From: Octopus sinensis
Taxonomy: Eukaryota
Assembly (NCBI RefSeq): GCF_006345805.1
Contig: NW_021833356.1
Location: forward strand, 1 to 27,766
Direction of reading: 5' to 3'
DNA: 27,766 bases
A program made the translations under genes and the position numbers. Every line of letters begins with the position of its first letter. The first letter of the stretch is position 1. This document shows, piece by piece, positions 11,251-22,430 of the stretch. Below the pieces are notes generated by a model that did no database searches, was not told where the DNA came from, and worked only from the letters and a program-made list of their open reading frames with translations.

Positions 11251-12226
11251 ATATTCTTTACTAGTTCCAGCTCGAGAACTGTGGCCATGGTGGGGCACCG
11301 CCGTTTAGCTGTGGTGCATTTGGTCGGTATTACTCTACCCTTGCATTGCTTGATCGTTGTGAACGAGCAACACCATCATACAATCATTGTCTTTTATTCC
11401 CAATTTCCTGTGGAACCATTTCTAATCACAAGGAAAGATTACCTTACTTGGAAACACGTGTAGTGTTGGGGACAGGAAAAGCATCTGGCCATAGAAAGTG
11501 GACTTTAAAATGATGACGATGATGATAGCTATAACCTTCCATTTACTTTCTCTTTCTAGCCATCTGCCAGTCAATTTATTTTCCAACCTATTCATTCATA
11601 TCAGTATCTCCACTCTTTTTTCTGCTCCCCACTTTCATTCAGCTCTTTATTTATTCAACCAGCCATCTAACCATCCTCATGAGCTGAATAATTTAATCAC
11701 TAAGCCATGTTCTATATAGTCTTAAGCATTGTCTGTCACCATTCTGAGTTCAAACTCCTACCAAGGCTAACTGAGTCCTTTCCTCCTTCCAGAATTCATT
11801 ATATTTCTAAGGGCTGGCTCCCTGCTTTATTCTCCCAACTTCTTTGAGCCTCATTAAAGTAATATTCTAGGGTCAGCCATCTTGTCTCTTCTAACCCTAA
11901 CTCCATCTAGTGCTGACTTAATTTATTATTGTTCCCTGTCTTCTCCATACAGATAATTAAATGGTCCTTCATCTCGTCATTAATTTTACTTAATTATTAT
12001 TTCCCCATTATTTCAACTCTGAAATGTCTTGATAAGACATATTTTCATTTTAACAAAATGTTATTATTTAAAAGTGCTTTCTATTCCCATTATCAACATA
12101 GAAAGTAGAATAAAAATTTTTTTAAATGGAAATATAAAACAAGCACTATCAATTAGAAAAAAAAAATTTAAAAACAAAAGTCAACAATTACTCGTCCACC
12201 TCTGTTACTCCAGTGCCCTTCATAAA

Positions 12227-12447
12227 CCCTTTTGATTCCAGCCCACCTGAAACCGCCTCTGGCTCTGTAATACAAATATCTTGTTTTCAAAAGATCTGAA
12301 TTAAAATCTTCCACCAAATCTTAGTCACAATTTATGTTCCTAACCCTAGCTTAACGATGACTACATTATTTCAATAATTCTTCGTTATATTTAAAATTAA
12401 TTGAAAGAAACTCAGAGTATCTCAACAGAAATATGGTAATGAAAGGG
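12227..12447. mobile_element. piggyBac-type MITE, about 220 bp
   Basis: Termini CCCTTT...AAAGGG. The right flank is TTAA (12448-12451) and the left flank TAAA (12223-12226), consistent with a TTAA target duplication. Confidence 0.7.
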
Positions 12448-12829
12448 TTAATTAAACACCTTGCATTCCTAAAACATCCTTCATTAATTAAACACCTGCC
12501 TTACATTTCCCCCAACCCTGCAAAAATGCAAAAAGGCAAAACTTTTTTTCATACAGTGTGGAAATCAAATTGTGGTATAAAAATCAAGAATTTGTTTGCA
12601 GTGAGGAAATATGAAATGATACCAAAACAGCTTACCCTTCCTTCAAACAATACTAACTGCCAACATGTCTTTTTTTTTCTATGTTTTTTTTTTTGATTAT
12701 TATTATTATTATTGTCACCTCATATCTTTATTTCTCTTCCTTCTCTGAAGGCGGGGGCTCAGGGTTGTAATATTCGTCTCTATATGTGCGTGATGAATGT
12801 GTGCAGTACAGTGCTGCATATGTGTTCAT

Positions 12830-13016
12830 TATATATACATATATATGTCTAGTTGTGTGTGTGTGCATGTGTGAGCGTGTGTGTGTGTGCATGCATGTGA
12901 GTGTGTGTGTGTGTGTGTGCATGTATGTGTATGATTTTGTGTGTCCAGATATACACAAAAATTCATTGGCATACACATACATACCTACATGCAGTTGTGA
13001 ATGTGGTATACATATA

Positions 13017-13085
<69 letters not shown>

Positions 13086-13261
13086 CATATATCTATATTT
13101 ATACATACATGTGTATGTATCCTTAAATCCTTAAAAATGTTTAGCCCGAAGGCTGCGGCCATGCTGGGGCACCACCGCTGTACAAAATAGGACCCTGGAG
13201 GGTCCTTCGCCCACATACATATATATATATATACATGACACAATATATGGATTCATTTTGT

Positions 13262-13305
<44 letters not shown>

Positions 13306-13400
13306 TACATTCATACACACACACACACACGCACACACACAGACACGTGCACATACATACACACACACACAAGTATGCTGCGTATATGTATATATAACAC
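12830..13400. repeat. Compound (TG)n/(TA)n/(CA)n microsatellites with a small SINE remnant at about 13150-13178
   Basis: Direct reading; GCTGCGGCCATGCTGGGGCACC is the reverse complement of the family C 3' end. Confidence 0.9.
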
Positions 13401-13614
13401 ATGTATGTATATCTCTGTTCTGTTCCTACTCGATGTGCTTTATCTTAATACTATCTCTCTGGAATGGACATGTTCCCTCATCCTACAAATGCATATATAT
13501 ACATATATATATATGTCACACTCTGGTTTTTTCCGGTTTATACCTTGTACTTTTTTTTTTCTTCTTGTATCTTCGTTTATCTTAATACGGTGTTTTTACT
13601 TTGTACCCTTTGCG

Positions 13615-13651
<37 letters not shown>

Positions 13652-13859
13652 AGCATATATATATATCTGTCTATAATCTATACATCTCTCCATATATATA
13701 TATATATCTATATATATTTTATATATATCTTTGGCTTAATTTTTTTTTCCTCTATTCACTTATATATCTTTTTATTCAACTTACCAATCAAACGCTATTT
13801 TCATATGTTAACCAATTAACCAGTCATTGATGGTCTCAACAGACCAGTCAATGGCGGTC

Positions 13860-14170
13860 TTTACTGACCACTCACAACATACATCTGTCTAAGAGATGAC
13901 CATCATAACACGACACTGACAACTAAATCTAAGTATGACCTTTATAAACTTTAACATCCAACAGTGACCATTATTTTAGTACAAAAACAATGACCGTTAC
14001 TTCCAAGAGTAACCGCATCCACAACAACATTATCGCTTGACCAACTATATATATGGAGTGACCACTATAACACGACACTGTTATTCGTCTTTATAGCATG
14101 ACCACTACGACCTTACTTACCATCTTTCTATACTAACTGACCACCACTCAATTTGCATGAAGTTTGACCA
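13860..14170 (+). repeat. Degenerate A/C-rich array with ten same-strand TGACC motifs
   Basis: TGACC at 13865, 13897, 13936, 13965, 13991, 14038, 14059, 14099, 14138 and 14165. TGACCA..ATAACACGACACTG occurs twice (about 13897 and 14059). Confidence 0.8.
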
Positions 14171-14248
14171 TTTCATATTTTGTTGTTATTTTGTTTTACA
14201 TTACTGTATATTTTTGTTTTGTTTTGCTGCTCCAGTTGTTGTATGCAA

Positions 14249-14450
14249 GTATATATGTATATATATATATATATACATATGCATAAATATACATACATAT
14301 ACATATATATATATATATATGTACATAATATACATATATATATATGTATAATATATTATGTACATATATATATATATTTATATATATATATATTACATAT
14401 ATATATATATATTATATATATATATGCATATATAATATATTATATATATA

Positions 14451-14486
<36 letters not shown>

Positions 14487-14564
14487 TATATATATATACA
14501 AACATATATATGTACATATATATATATATACATATATATATATATGTACATATATATATATGTG

Positions 14565-14599
<35 letters not shown>

Positions 14600-14607
14600 C
14601 ATATATA

Positions 14608-14647
<40 letters not shown>

Positions 14648-14703
14648 CATATATATGTACATATATATATGTTATAATATATACATATATATATGTACAT
14701 ATA

Positions 14704-14760
<57 letters not shown>

Positions 14761-14822
14761 GTATATGTATGTATGTATGTACATATATGTGTGTATATAT
14801 ATATCTATATATGTATGTGTAT
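14249..14822. repeat. (TA)n microsatellite field punctuated by GTAC/ACAT
   Basis: Direct reading. Confidence 0.95.
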
Positions 14823-15000
14823 ATGTTGGTCCGCTGATTTTGTACAGCTTCTACACCTCTTCACTTTTAACGAAGTTATTACTGCTACTGTTGCTGCTGG
14901 TGCTGCTGTTGATGGTGCTTCCTCTTAATTGCTATTTTCTGCTTAATTTTTTATTCATTGATCTCTCTACCTTATGTATATATGCTTCTGTGTGTGCATG

Positions 15001-15031
<31 letters not shown>

Positions 15032-15107
15032 GATACATACATACACACACAAGTACACATATGCACACATATACATATATATATATATCTACATATATAT
15101 AAATATG

Positions 15108-15158
<51 letters not shown>

Positions 15159-15228
15159 CATGTTTGTGTTTATATATGTAAACAATATAAATATATATAT
15201 GTGTGTGTGTTCATGTGTATATGTTTGC
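15001..15228. repeat. (TA)n/(CA)n microsatellite
   Basis: Direct reading. Confidence 0.9.
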
Positions 15229-15476
15229 ATGTTGCCAATTTTTTTTTAAGAGAGTTCTGACAAATTAGTCAGTCTCTGTTGCTTAACAAGATTCTGAAAA
15301 GATAAATTAAATTAAATTATATTTTCAATTTTGTTTTTTTTTTATAATTTCTTTAATTATTATTATTATTTCTTTTTACTTTCAAAATTATTTTTCACAT
15401 TAATATATATTTTTTCTTGTTAATTTAGTTGTTCATTTGCTTCTTAGTAATTAGTAAAACTGTTGCTATTGCTACC

Positions 15477-15529
<53 letters not shown>

Positions 15530-16136
15530 TGGTTTGAGAAATGCATCGATACTGTAAAGCGTTACGTTTCTTACTTTGAAAAGAAAAAAGAAAAAGGAAA
15601 AAAATTAAATATGTCTGTTAAAAGCATGAATAAAAAAATAAAATAACAGAATAATGGTGACCGAGAGTCTGTAACAATGCGTAGAAGGTAAGTTAAGTAA
15701 CTGCCATATATTTCAAGCATAAAGGCCCTTCATCAGGATTGATCAAAGAAGTGTAAGTTTATGCAGATCTGGCTATGTTGGTTGTTGTATAGGCACATCT
15801 GACAATGGGATTTTTTGCCTGATATATGTAATGGTTACTTAACCTTCAGCGAACTGTAAGTGCATCATGTCACTGTATGAGTTTTCTCCCCTGTAGTAAC
15901 AGGACATTGGCAGGGGAAACAACTCTAGAGAAAAGTGCAGTGTGCTAAAGTTTAACTTTCCCTTTTTGCATTGTAAGAAGCTCTCCATCTTCATTATTTA
16001 TTTTACTTCTTTATCAGAATGCTTCATGCAAGCCTCAACGTTCTTCATGAACAAAAAATATTCCAAGTTACCAAATGCCATGTGCAAATAGCCAAATAAT
16101 TGCTCACAGATCTTTTAATATTACCATATTATAGAA

Positions 16137-16435
16137 CAGTTGTTCCCGAAGTGGGCACTATTGCCCTTCTGGGGGCAGTGGAAATTTCCAAGGGGGCATT
16201 GAAAAAATGTGGGGTGATAATGGGGTAGTGATTCATGTAAAATGTGGGGCCGGTAATTAGGTAGTGATTCATTGAAAGACAACAAAATAATGGGTTTCTT
16301 TAGGTTAAGTTTTATTTGTGAAATGCAGTTGCTTTGAATTTGCTTCAGAAAGAGGTCTATGTTTGTGATGGTTAGTCGGAAATGTGGGCTTGGGTGTCAT
16401 GGAGGCAGCAGCCTGTAAAAGTTTGGGAACCACAG
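16137..16435. mobile_element. hAT (Charlie-type) MITE, about 300 bp
   Basis: TIRs CAGTTGTTCCCGAA and TTTGGGAACCACAG. The 8-bp flanks TTATAGAA (16129-16136) and TTCTGGAA (16436-16443) both fit a decayed TTCTAGAA, the NTCTAGAN target preferred by Charlie elements. Confidence 0.8.
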
Positions 16436-16552
16436 TTCTGGAACATATCCATCATGGTTGAGAATCTGTCAACATCATCATAGATGAGGTTTTGGTTTAT
16501 TTCATTTGTAAGAATTACAAAAATGGGGCAGTGAAAGATACCTTTTATTTAA

Positions 16553-16768
16553 CCCTTTCACATTCCGATTATTCTTTCAAATGCAACACTTATTTACATT
16601 GTTTTGAATTAATCCTGAATCATCTCATAGCTTCAAGATCTCAATGATGCTATTCTTTGATTTGTGAATGACATTGCAGGGAAGGTGTGCAGTGCCACAT
16701 CTAACCAATTTGACCATAAAACAGGTAAAATATTTGGGCGTGACACGGCTGGCTTAAATGCTTCACAG
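16553..16768. mobile_element. piggyBac-type MITE, about 215 bp
   Basis: TTAA on both flanks (16549-16552 and 16769-16772); left end CCCTTTCACATT and degenerate right end AATGCTTCACAG. A second copy lies at 5645-5792. Confidence 0.75.
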
Positions 16769-17204
16769 TTAAAATGTTATGATTTAACAGCCAAATTAAT
16801 CTAATTCTTTAGTTGTTTTTATTTCAACTCATCTCACTTCTGTACAAAATTATAACAATCTAATGTCATGATGTCATCAATAATTAACACATCTGTCCTC
16901 ATTTACTAATGATTCATTCATCTCTAATCCGGGATAAGACAGTATGCTCAGTTTGTGAACCATGTTAAGCTTATCACAAATTGATCTGTGTTAACACAGG
17001 TTGGCAATCCAAGATTCTGCTCAGTGCAGAAAAGCATTCCCCCACAACCATCTGTAATGCTTAGCTATCCAGAAAGTACCAGTTATTGCTTGCGTTTATA
17101 ATCACTGTGCTGCGTGTCTGTATTTTTTTTTATCTGGATTTATTTATTGATATCCATCAATATAGGACCAGTGAACAAAAGAAATTTTTTCACTGTGATA
17201 TTTT

Positions 17205-17730
17205 GCAACGCCGGGCCACAGTGCTAGTGCATGCATATACAGCTGCGTGCATGCGCACATACACGCGAGTACTGTCCAAATCTCCAACCGATCACATACA
17301 GCTAGCTGGCATTCAATTGGCGTATCAAGTTTCGGGCATTTTGATTGGGTTTTGAATAGAAAATTCACAAAAAAGTCACTTCTATTGATTTTTTAATGGC
17401 TTTGCGGGGTGACTGGGGAAATGTAAAGATGTGCACGACCACCCTTGGACGGTTTTGAATGACCATAGGAAGTGCGAGCCCTCTAACTGAAAATTTGTGG
17501 ATTTGTATAAAGGACATGCACACACACGCACACACACACACAGACATTTTACCGTTTATATATATATATTTAATGGCTTTTGCGGGGTGACTGGGGAAAT
17601 GTAAAGATGTGCACGACCACCCTTGGATGGTTTTGAATGACCATAGAAAGTGCAAGCCCTCTAACTGAAAAATTGTGGATTTGTATAAAGGACATGCATG
17701 CAGACATTTTGCCATTTATATATAGAGAGA
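17205..17730 (-). mobile_element. Non-autonomous Helitron-like composite with a duplicated 5' end
   Basis: The minus strand begins A|TCTCTCTATATATAAATGGC at 17730, typical of a Helitron 5' end. 17393-17569 is tandemly repeated at 17570-17726. CTAG at 17224-17227 is adjacent to a plus-strand 3'-end motif GCAACGCCGGG. Confidence 0.6.
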
Positions 17731-18302
17731 TTGTTTACTGATCGTATGTTATTAGAATTTTACACTAAATATTATTTTGACCATGAGGCAATATCATTAT
17801 GTGTTAAAAAACTGTTTGGAGATATTATTTAGGTAAGATAGCTGGGACAACTTGAGGTGGGGTCTTGGAAACATTTTGTGTCCCCTATATTCTGCTATAT
17901 CTCTATCACTGATTCATTTAACATGATGTTCTCTTGGAACCAAACAGCTATGGTAAACAAGGATAAATGTATTCTGCTGTCATTTTTGTCCTGATAAATG
18001 GTATCAAAATTGTTATATGCCATCTGACAGATCCATAGTATTTTAACTTTTTCAATTTCTAAGACAAGCTGAAGTTCATTTGCATCGTAGAGAACAGTGT
18101 TTTCTTCAATGAATAAATTCATGAATCTGTGTTCATGCAGAGAATAATTTCACTCTGATCTTATAATACATGGGAGCTAATGTTTGATATCCTATAACGA
18201 TATAGAGTGTCGTTTCATACAGTACACCATACATTTGTCATTTATACTGTCAGAATTATAGATATTCTATTTTTGTGTCTGGCTTGCAAGATTTTTGATG
18301 TG

Positions 18303-18420
18303 AGGGTTGACTTAGCCTTTCGTCCTTTCAGAAGTGATAAAGTAAATACCAATTGAGCACTGGGTTTAATATGATCAACTTGACCACTTTCCCCAAAATT
18401 GTTGACTTTCTGGCAAAATT
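18303..18420 (+). mobile_element. SINE family F diverged fragment
   Basis: GGTTGACTTAGCCTTTCGTCCTTTC...GATAAAGTAAATACCAATTGAGCACTGGG aligns with 1795-1870. Confidence 0.65.
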
Positions 18421-19169
18421 TATATAAACTCTACATTTGTGTTCAGGTTTTCTGATGTATCATCAGTTTATGCGATCAATTTTCATTGTAAAATCATACC
18501 AGATAACCAGGTTTTATAAAGCAAACTCCAAGGTCAAAACCCAAATGGAATTTATATATATACAGGTGAAGAAAAAAGGGGCCAGAGAGGGAATGAGAGA
18601 GAGAGAGGGAGAGATAGAGAGAGAGAGAGAAAGAGAGTGAATTAGTGACAAAGGTGAACTGGTACTTCATTTATTGACTTCTTTGCATCTCAAATGGTTG
18701 AAAGAAGTACACTTAAATATATATATATGCTTAGATATATAACTATATTTCTATATTGAAACAAACTTTTACATGTATAGTATTTTGTTTTCTCTTTTAT
18801 TTTGTTTTCAATTTTGCCTCCTTGTTCTCCTCATTTGAATGATGTACTCTTTTCTACTGCATGGAGGAAACTACATTTGGCTTGTGATTCTACAGCAAAC
18901 GAATGCTTGCTAAATATAAACTTTGCCAAGACCTATCCTGTTTCTACAACTCTATCTGCCTGTGCATCTATATATCTGTCTGTCTCTCTTTCTATCTTTC
19001 TCTCTTCTCTCTCTAGCCTTTCCGTAGATGGGCCATTTCACACTCTTACCTGTGTTCGTTTAATCCATGTTTCTTAGTTTCATACCTAGATTACTGCAGA
19101 AACTGTGAATATAGTTGCAGCATTTGTATAGTATACACATACTCATATACATATCCATACTTACATATA

Positions 19170-19516
19170 TAAATGTCTGTATGAATTACCTACTGGTGTG
19201 TACAGGTGACACTCTAATACCATTCTGATTATATCACTAATAAATAATAATTTATAAATCATTAATAAATATGTGATGTTGAATTGCCCACTGGTGTGTA
19301 CAGGTGACACTCTAATACCACTCCAGTACCACTCTGATTATATTTTTGAAGTACAAGTTACATTTTTTTGATTATATCACTAATAAATGATCATTTATAA
19401 ATCATTTAACAGATATTTTATATCCACTGGCAAACAGTTAATACAAGGGAGATAATCATTTTTACATAGTATTTGGTAGGATTAGGAGTTTGAATTTGAA
19501 ATCAAGGAATGAGATA
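19170..19516. repeat. Copy A of a locally duplicated module (one complete 98-bp unit)
   Basis: Colinear, high-identity direct match to 25104-25924. Confidence 0.9.
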
Positions 19517-19555
19517 CATGTATGTATGTATGTAATGTATGTATGTATGTATGTA

Positions 19556-19586
<31 letters not shown>

Positions 19587-19805
19587 GCATGGATGGATGT
19601 ATAAACTGAGAGATAGATAGATAGATAGATAGACAGAAACATAGATATAAGAACACAAAAGAATACTCAATTATCTTATGAAGTTCATTAGCTTACAGTT
19701 GTTTCTGCTATAAAATACATTGGACTCATAGTTGAGTATCTGAATAACACCCTATAGCTTCATCAGATCTTCAAATAATGCAATGCTGAAGTGAAATATG
19801 TGTGT

Positions 19806-20089
19806 GTATATATATATATATATATTAATAGTTATCGGCAAGCTAACATAGCAGTCCAGGAAAATAGGACAAATGTGGCTGTTGATGCTGTTGATTAGCT
19901 CCAAGAGGCCATCGCCTCTAGCTAGCTATGTGACACACAAACCTAGCTAGCTAGAGGTGATGGCCTCTTGGAGCTAGTCAGTGGCAGCATTCGTCCTATT
20001 TTCCTGGACTGCCATGCTAGCTTGGCGATACCTGTACCGCTGCCATAGTCTCCTTTAGAGAGATTTAGAAATATTAATATATATATATA
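19806..20089. mobile_element. Palindromic (foldback) non-autonomous element
   Basis: Arms 19833-19928 and 19944-20030 are reverse complements with mostly transition mismatches. Outer (TA)n-TTAATA flanks are also inverted, and the left arm lacks about 40 bp present on the right. Confidence 0.8.
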
Positions 20090-20466
20090 CACTTGCGTCA
20101 GAAATTAATTAGCACTTCTCAAATTTCTACATTAAATAGGTTAAATCAATTAACCTATGAGCTGTCCAAAACGTCTTACGCGATGAGAAAAGTTAGTATG
20201 GTGTGATTTCGGTCCTTGTGAGGCGCTACCTATATCTATTAAACAAAGGAAGATTTGTCTGCATCCGCACTCCAATTTGTTGCACTGCTATGTCAACATC
20301 ATGAGGCTGTAGACTCTCAAACTGCTCTGCAAACAAAGTTACGTCATCGTTCTGCGCAACAGTGAACTCGCAACAAAGCAATAGTTCGAGATATGGCCAC
20401 TAGGTGACAGCACATACCTTGAGTGAAGAGCAAATCAAGGGTGCTAATTAATTTCTGACGGTAGTG
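20090..20466. mobile_element. Tc1/mariner-superfamily MITE, 377 bp
   Basis: 26-bp TIRs CACTTGCGTCAGAAATTAATTAGCAC and CACTACCGTCAGAAATTAATTAGCAC (24/26 identical), with TA on both flanks. Confidence 0.9.
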
Positions 20467-20569
20467 TATATATATATATATATATAAATTAATATATATA
20501 TATATTGTCTATCATTATATATCTTTTTGATATATTCTTACCCATTATATATATATATACCTTTGTGAG

Positions 20570-20600
<31 letters not shown>

Positions 20601-20647
20601 GTGTTTGTATGTATGTATGTATGTATACAGGTATGTATGTATATATA

Positions 20648-20774
20648 GGTGCAGGAGTGGCTGTATGGTAAGAAGCTTACTCTCCAACCACATGGTCATA
20701 GGTTCAGTCCCTCTGTGTGGCACCTTGGGCAAGTGTCTTCTAGCTTTGCCTAGGGTTGACCAAAGCCTTGTGAG
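20648..20774 (+). mobile_element. SINE family C head, 3'-truncated
   Basis: GGTGCAGGAGTGGCTGTATGGTAAG...GGTTCAGTCCC...CCTTGGGCAAGTGTCTTCTA. Confidence 0.85.
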
Positions 20775-20875
20775 CCATGTGGTTACATGATGATGATGTA
20801 TATATCTAAACATACATATATGTATATGTGTGCACGTGTTTATAATTACATAGCATATGCCTATATATATATCAT

Positions 20876-21171
20876 GTCACGAGACCAACCAGGTTATCAG
20901 ATGTTGCTACACATCGCTGGTCACAATGCACTTCGCATTGTTTTAGCCTTCAAGTGACGCCACCCTGCTGGCTAAGTGACCGGGCCAACAGAAGAAAGAG
21001 TGAAAGTTGTGGCGAAAGAGTACAGCAGGGATCGCCACCACCCCCTGCCAGAGCCTCATGGAGCTTTAGGTGTTTTTGCTCAATAAACACTCACAACGCC
21101 CAGTCTGGGAATCGAAACTGCAATCCTATGACCGCGAGTCCGCAGCCCTAACCACTGGGCTATTGTGCCTC
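20876..21171 (-). mobile_element. tRNA-derived SINE (family A head and core, alternative 3' body)
   Basis: Reverse complement head GAGGCACAATAGCCCAGTGGTTAGGG...TTTCGATTCCC and core match 24072-24250; the 3' body differs. Confidence 0.85.
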
Positions 21172-21173
21172 TG

Positions 21174-21219
<46 letters not shown>

Positions 21220-21248
21220 GTATATATATAGAATATGTATGATATATG

Positions 21249-21422
21249 CATCATCAGCGATTAGCGTCTGCTTTCCATGCTGGCATGGGTTGGATGGTGC
21301 AACTGAGGTCTGGGAAGCCAGGAGGCTGCACCAGGCCCAGTCTGATCTGTCAGTGTTTCTACAGCTGGATGCCCTTCCTAATGCCAACCACTCAGAGAGT
21401 GTAGTGGGTGCTTTTTACATGC
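21249..21422 (-). mobile_element. SINE family D 3' part
   Basis: CATCATCAGCG...CCATGCTGGCATGGG...CTACAGCTGGATGCCCTTCCTAATGCCAACCAC. Confidence 0.85.
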
Positions 21423-21769
21423 CGAATTTTAATGTATATGTGTGATTGTATGTATGTGTGTGAATGCTTATGAATTTAGCCGTGTTTCACTTGTCACAGT
21501 GTAACCAAAGAACTGGCAACGATGCCAGTCCTTGTTGGTTATTATGACTGGTCACTCTGCACTTTCTAAGGTTTGTGGTATAGAAACCACTCACACGAAA
21601 ATCCTGAGTGTTGACCACAAGAAAAGAATTTAGCTATGAAATTCCGCCTGAAAACCCAATTTCCCAACTACTTATGAGATGAGATGCCGCAACTGCGTAG
21701 AATTCGGTGTTGATGAATGTGAAAGTATGAAAGAGGGACATGAGCTGGTTTCTGGTTGAAGATGTGAAT

Positions 21770-22330
21770 AATGTCACTGGATAGGAAGTGTGAACATAGC
21801 TTTGATTCACATATGACTTAATCCTCATTCCCAGAACTACAGACGATCTGCTGACCATGCTGTCTGAGCTGGCCATACATAACTCAGCAGTAGGCCTTAA
21901 AAAGAACCACATGAAAACAAAATACATGTGGTTCAAAGACATAGCATAAGTCCTGATGGAGGAGGGTAACAATAAAATCAAGGAGTACGTCTACTTAGGG
22001 CAGTGTAAAGAGTAAGAGTAAAGAACCCCTTTGGCCATTCATGACCATGGGCTTGCACCTAGAATGTTCCCTTCCAAGGCACATGTCCAGGCAAGGTTGT
22101 TTATAGAAGACCAGCAGTTGCTCGTGCATACCAGCCCCTCCTCTCCATGCCACTGATGGCACCAGTGATGTCACAGCTCATTTCTATAGCTGAATGAACG
22201 GGAGCAATATGAAATGAAGTGCTTAGGGCACACAGTGAATATGTGCTAAGATATGGATGCTGAAATCTCAAAGAGAATATGGATGGAAGGTATTTACTTC
22301 AATTAAAGATATGCTCAAAGGAAAAGTATT
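21770..22330 (+). pseudogene. Degraded RTE-clade LINE reverse transcriptase fragment, interrupted by a SINE
   Basis: From 21806 it reads FTYDLILIPRTTDDLLTMLSELAIHNSAVGLKKNHMKTKYM...KEYVYLG. It resumes at 22231 as TVNMC*DMDAEISKRI... and, after a frameshift, FTSIKDMLKGK. This fits RTE-type RT motifs (HLRFADDIVL, GLKINxxKTKxM, EYVYLG, EIxRRI). Stops and frameshifts are present. Confidence 0.8.
22003..22221 (-). mobile_element. 5'-truncated SINE family B inserted into the RTE fossil
   Basis: Homologous to 10085-10325; flanked by the 9-bp duplication CTTAGGGCA (21994-22002 and 22222-22230). Confidence 0.85.
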
Positions 22331-22430
22331 GCTTTCAAAAGTCCCAAATTACTATGGTGACTGTAAAAAACTTAGGAATGCATATCATTAATAATGCATG
22401 GGCCCCAGGGAAGTATGTCCTGTATATTAC

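Noticed and set aside
13189-13206. Hairpin AGGACCC-TGGA-GGGTCCT as a terminator or Helitron end
   Set aside because: No following U-run or CTAG; a 7-bp stem is expected by chance in 28 kb.
15700-15740. Hammerhead ribozyme core on the minus strand (CTGATGA...GAAA), as in Penelope-like element ends
   Set aside because: Stem II is only three weak pairs, and there is no NUH site followed by a stem I complement; at best a decayed motif.
17895-18122. 75-aa minus-strand ORF (MNLFIEENTVLY...)
   Set aside because: No recognisable domain or convincing splice boundaries, and the length is within chance expectation.
18139-18195. Minus-strand peptide YQTLAPMYY resembling the Rab5 motif YHSLAPMYYR
   Set aside because: The flanking DTAGQER and GAxAA motifs are absent and a stop follows ten codons later; judged chance.
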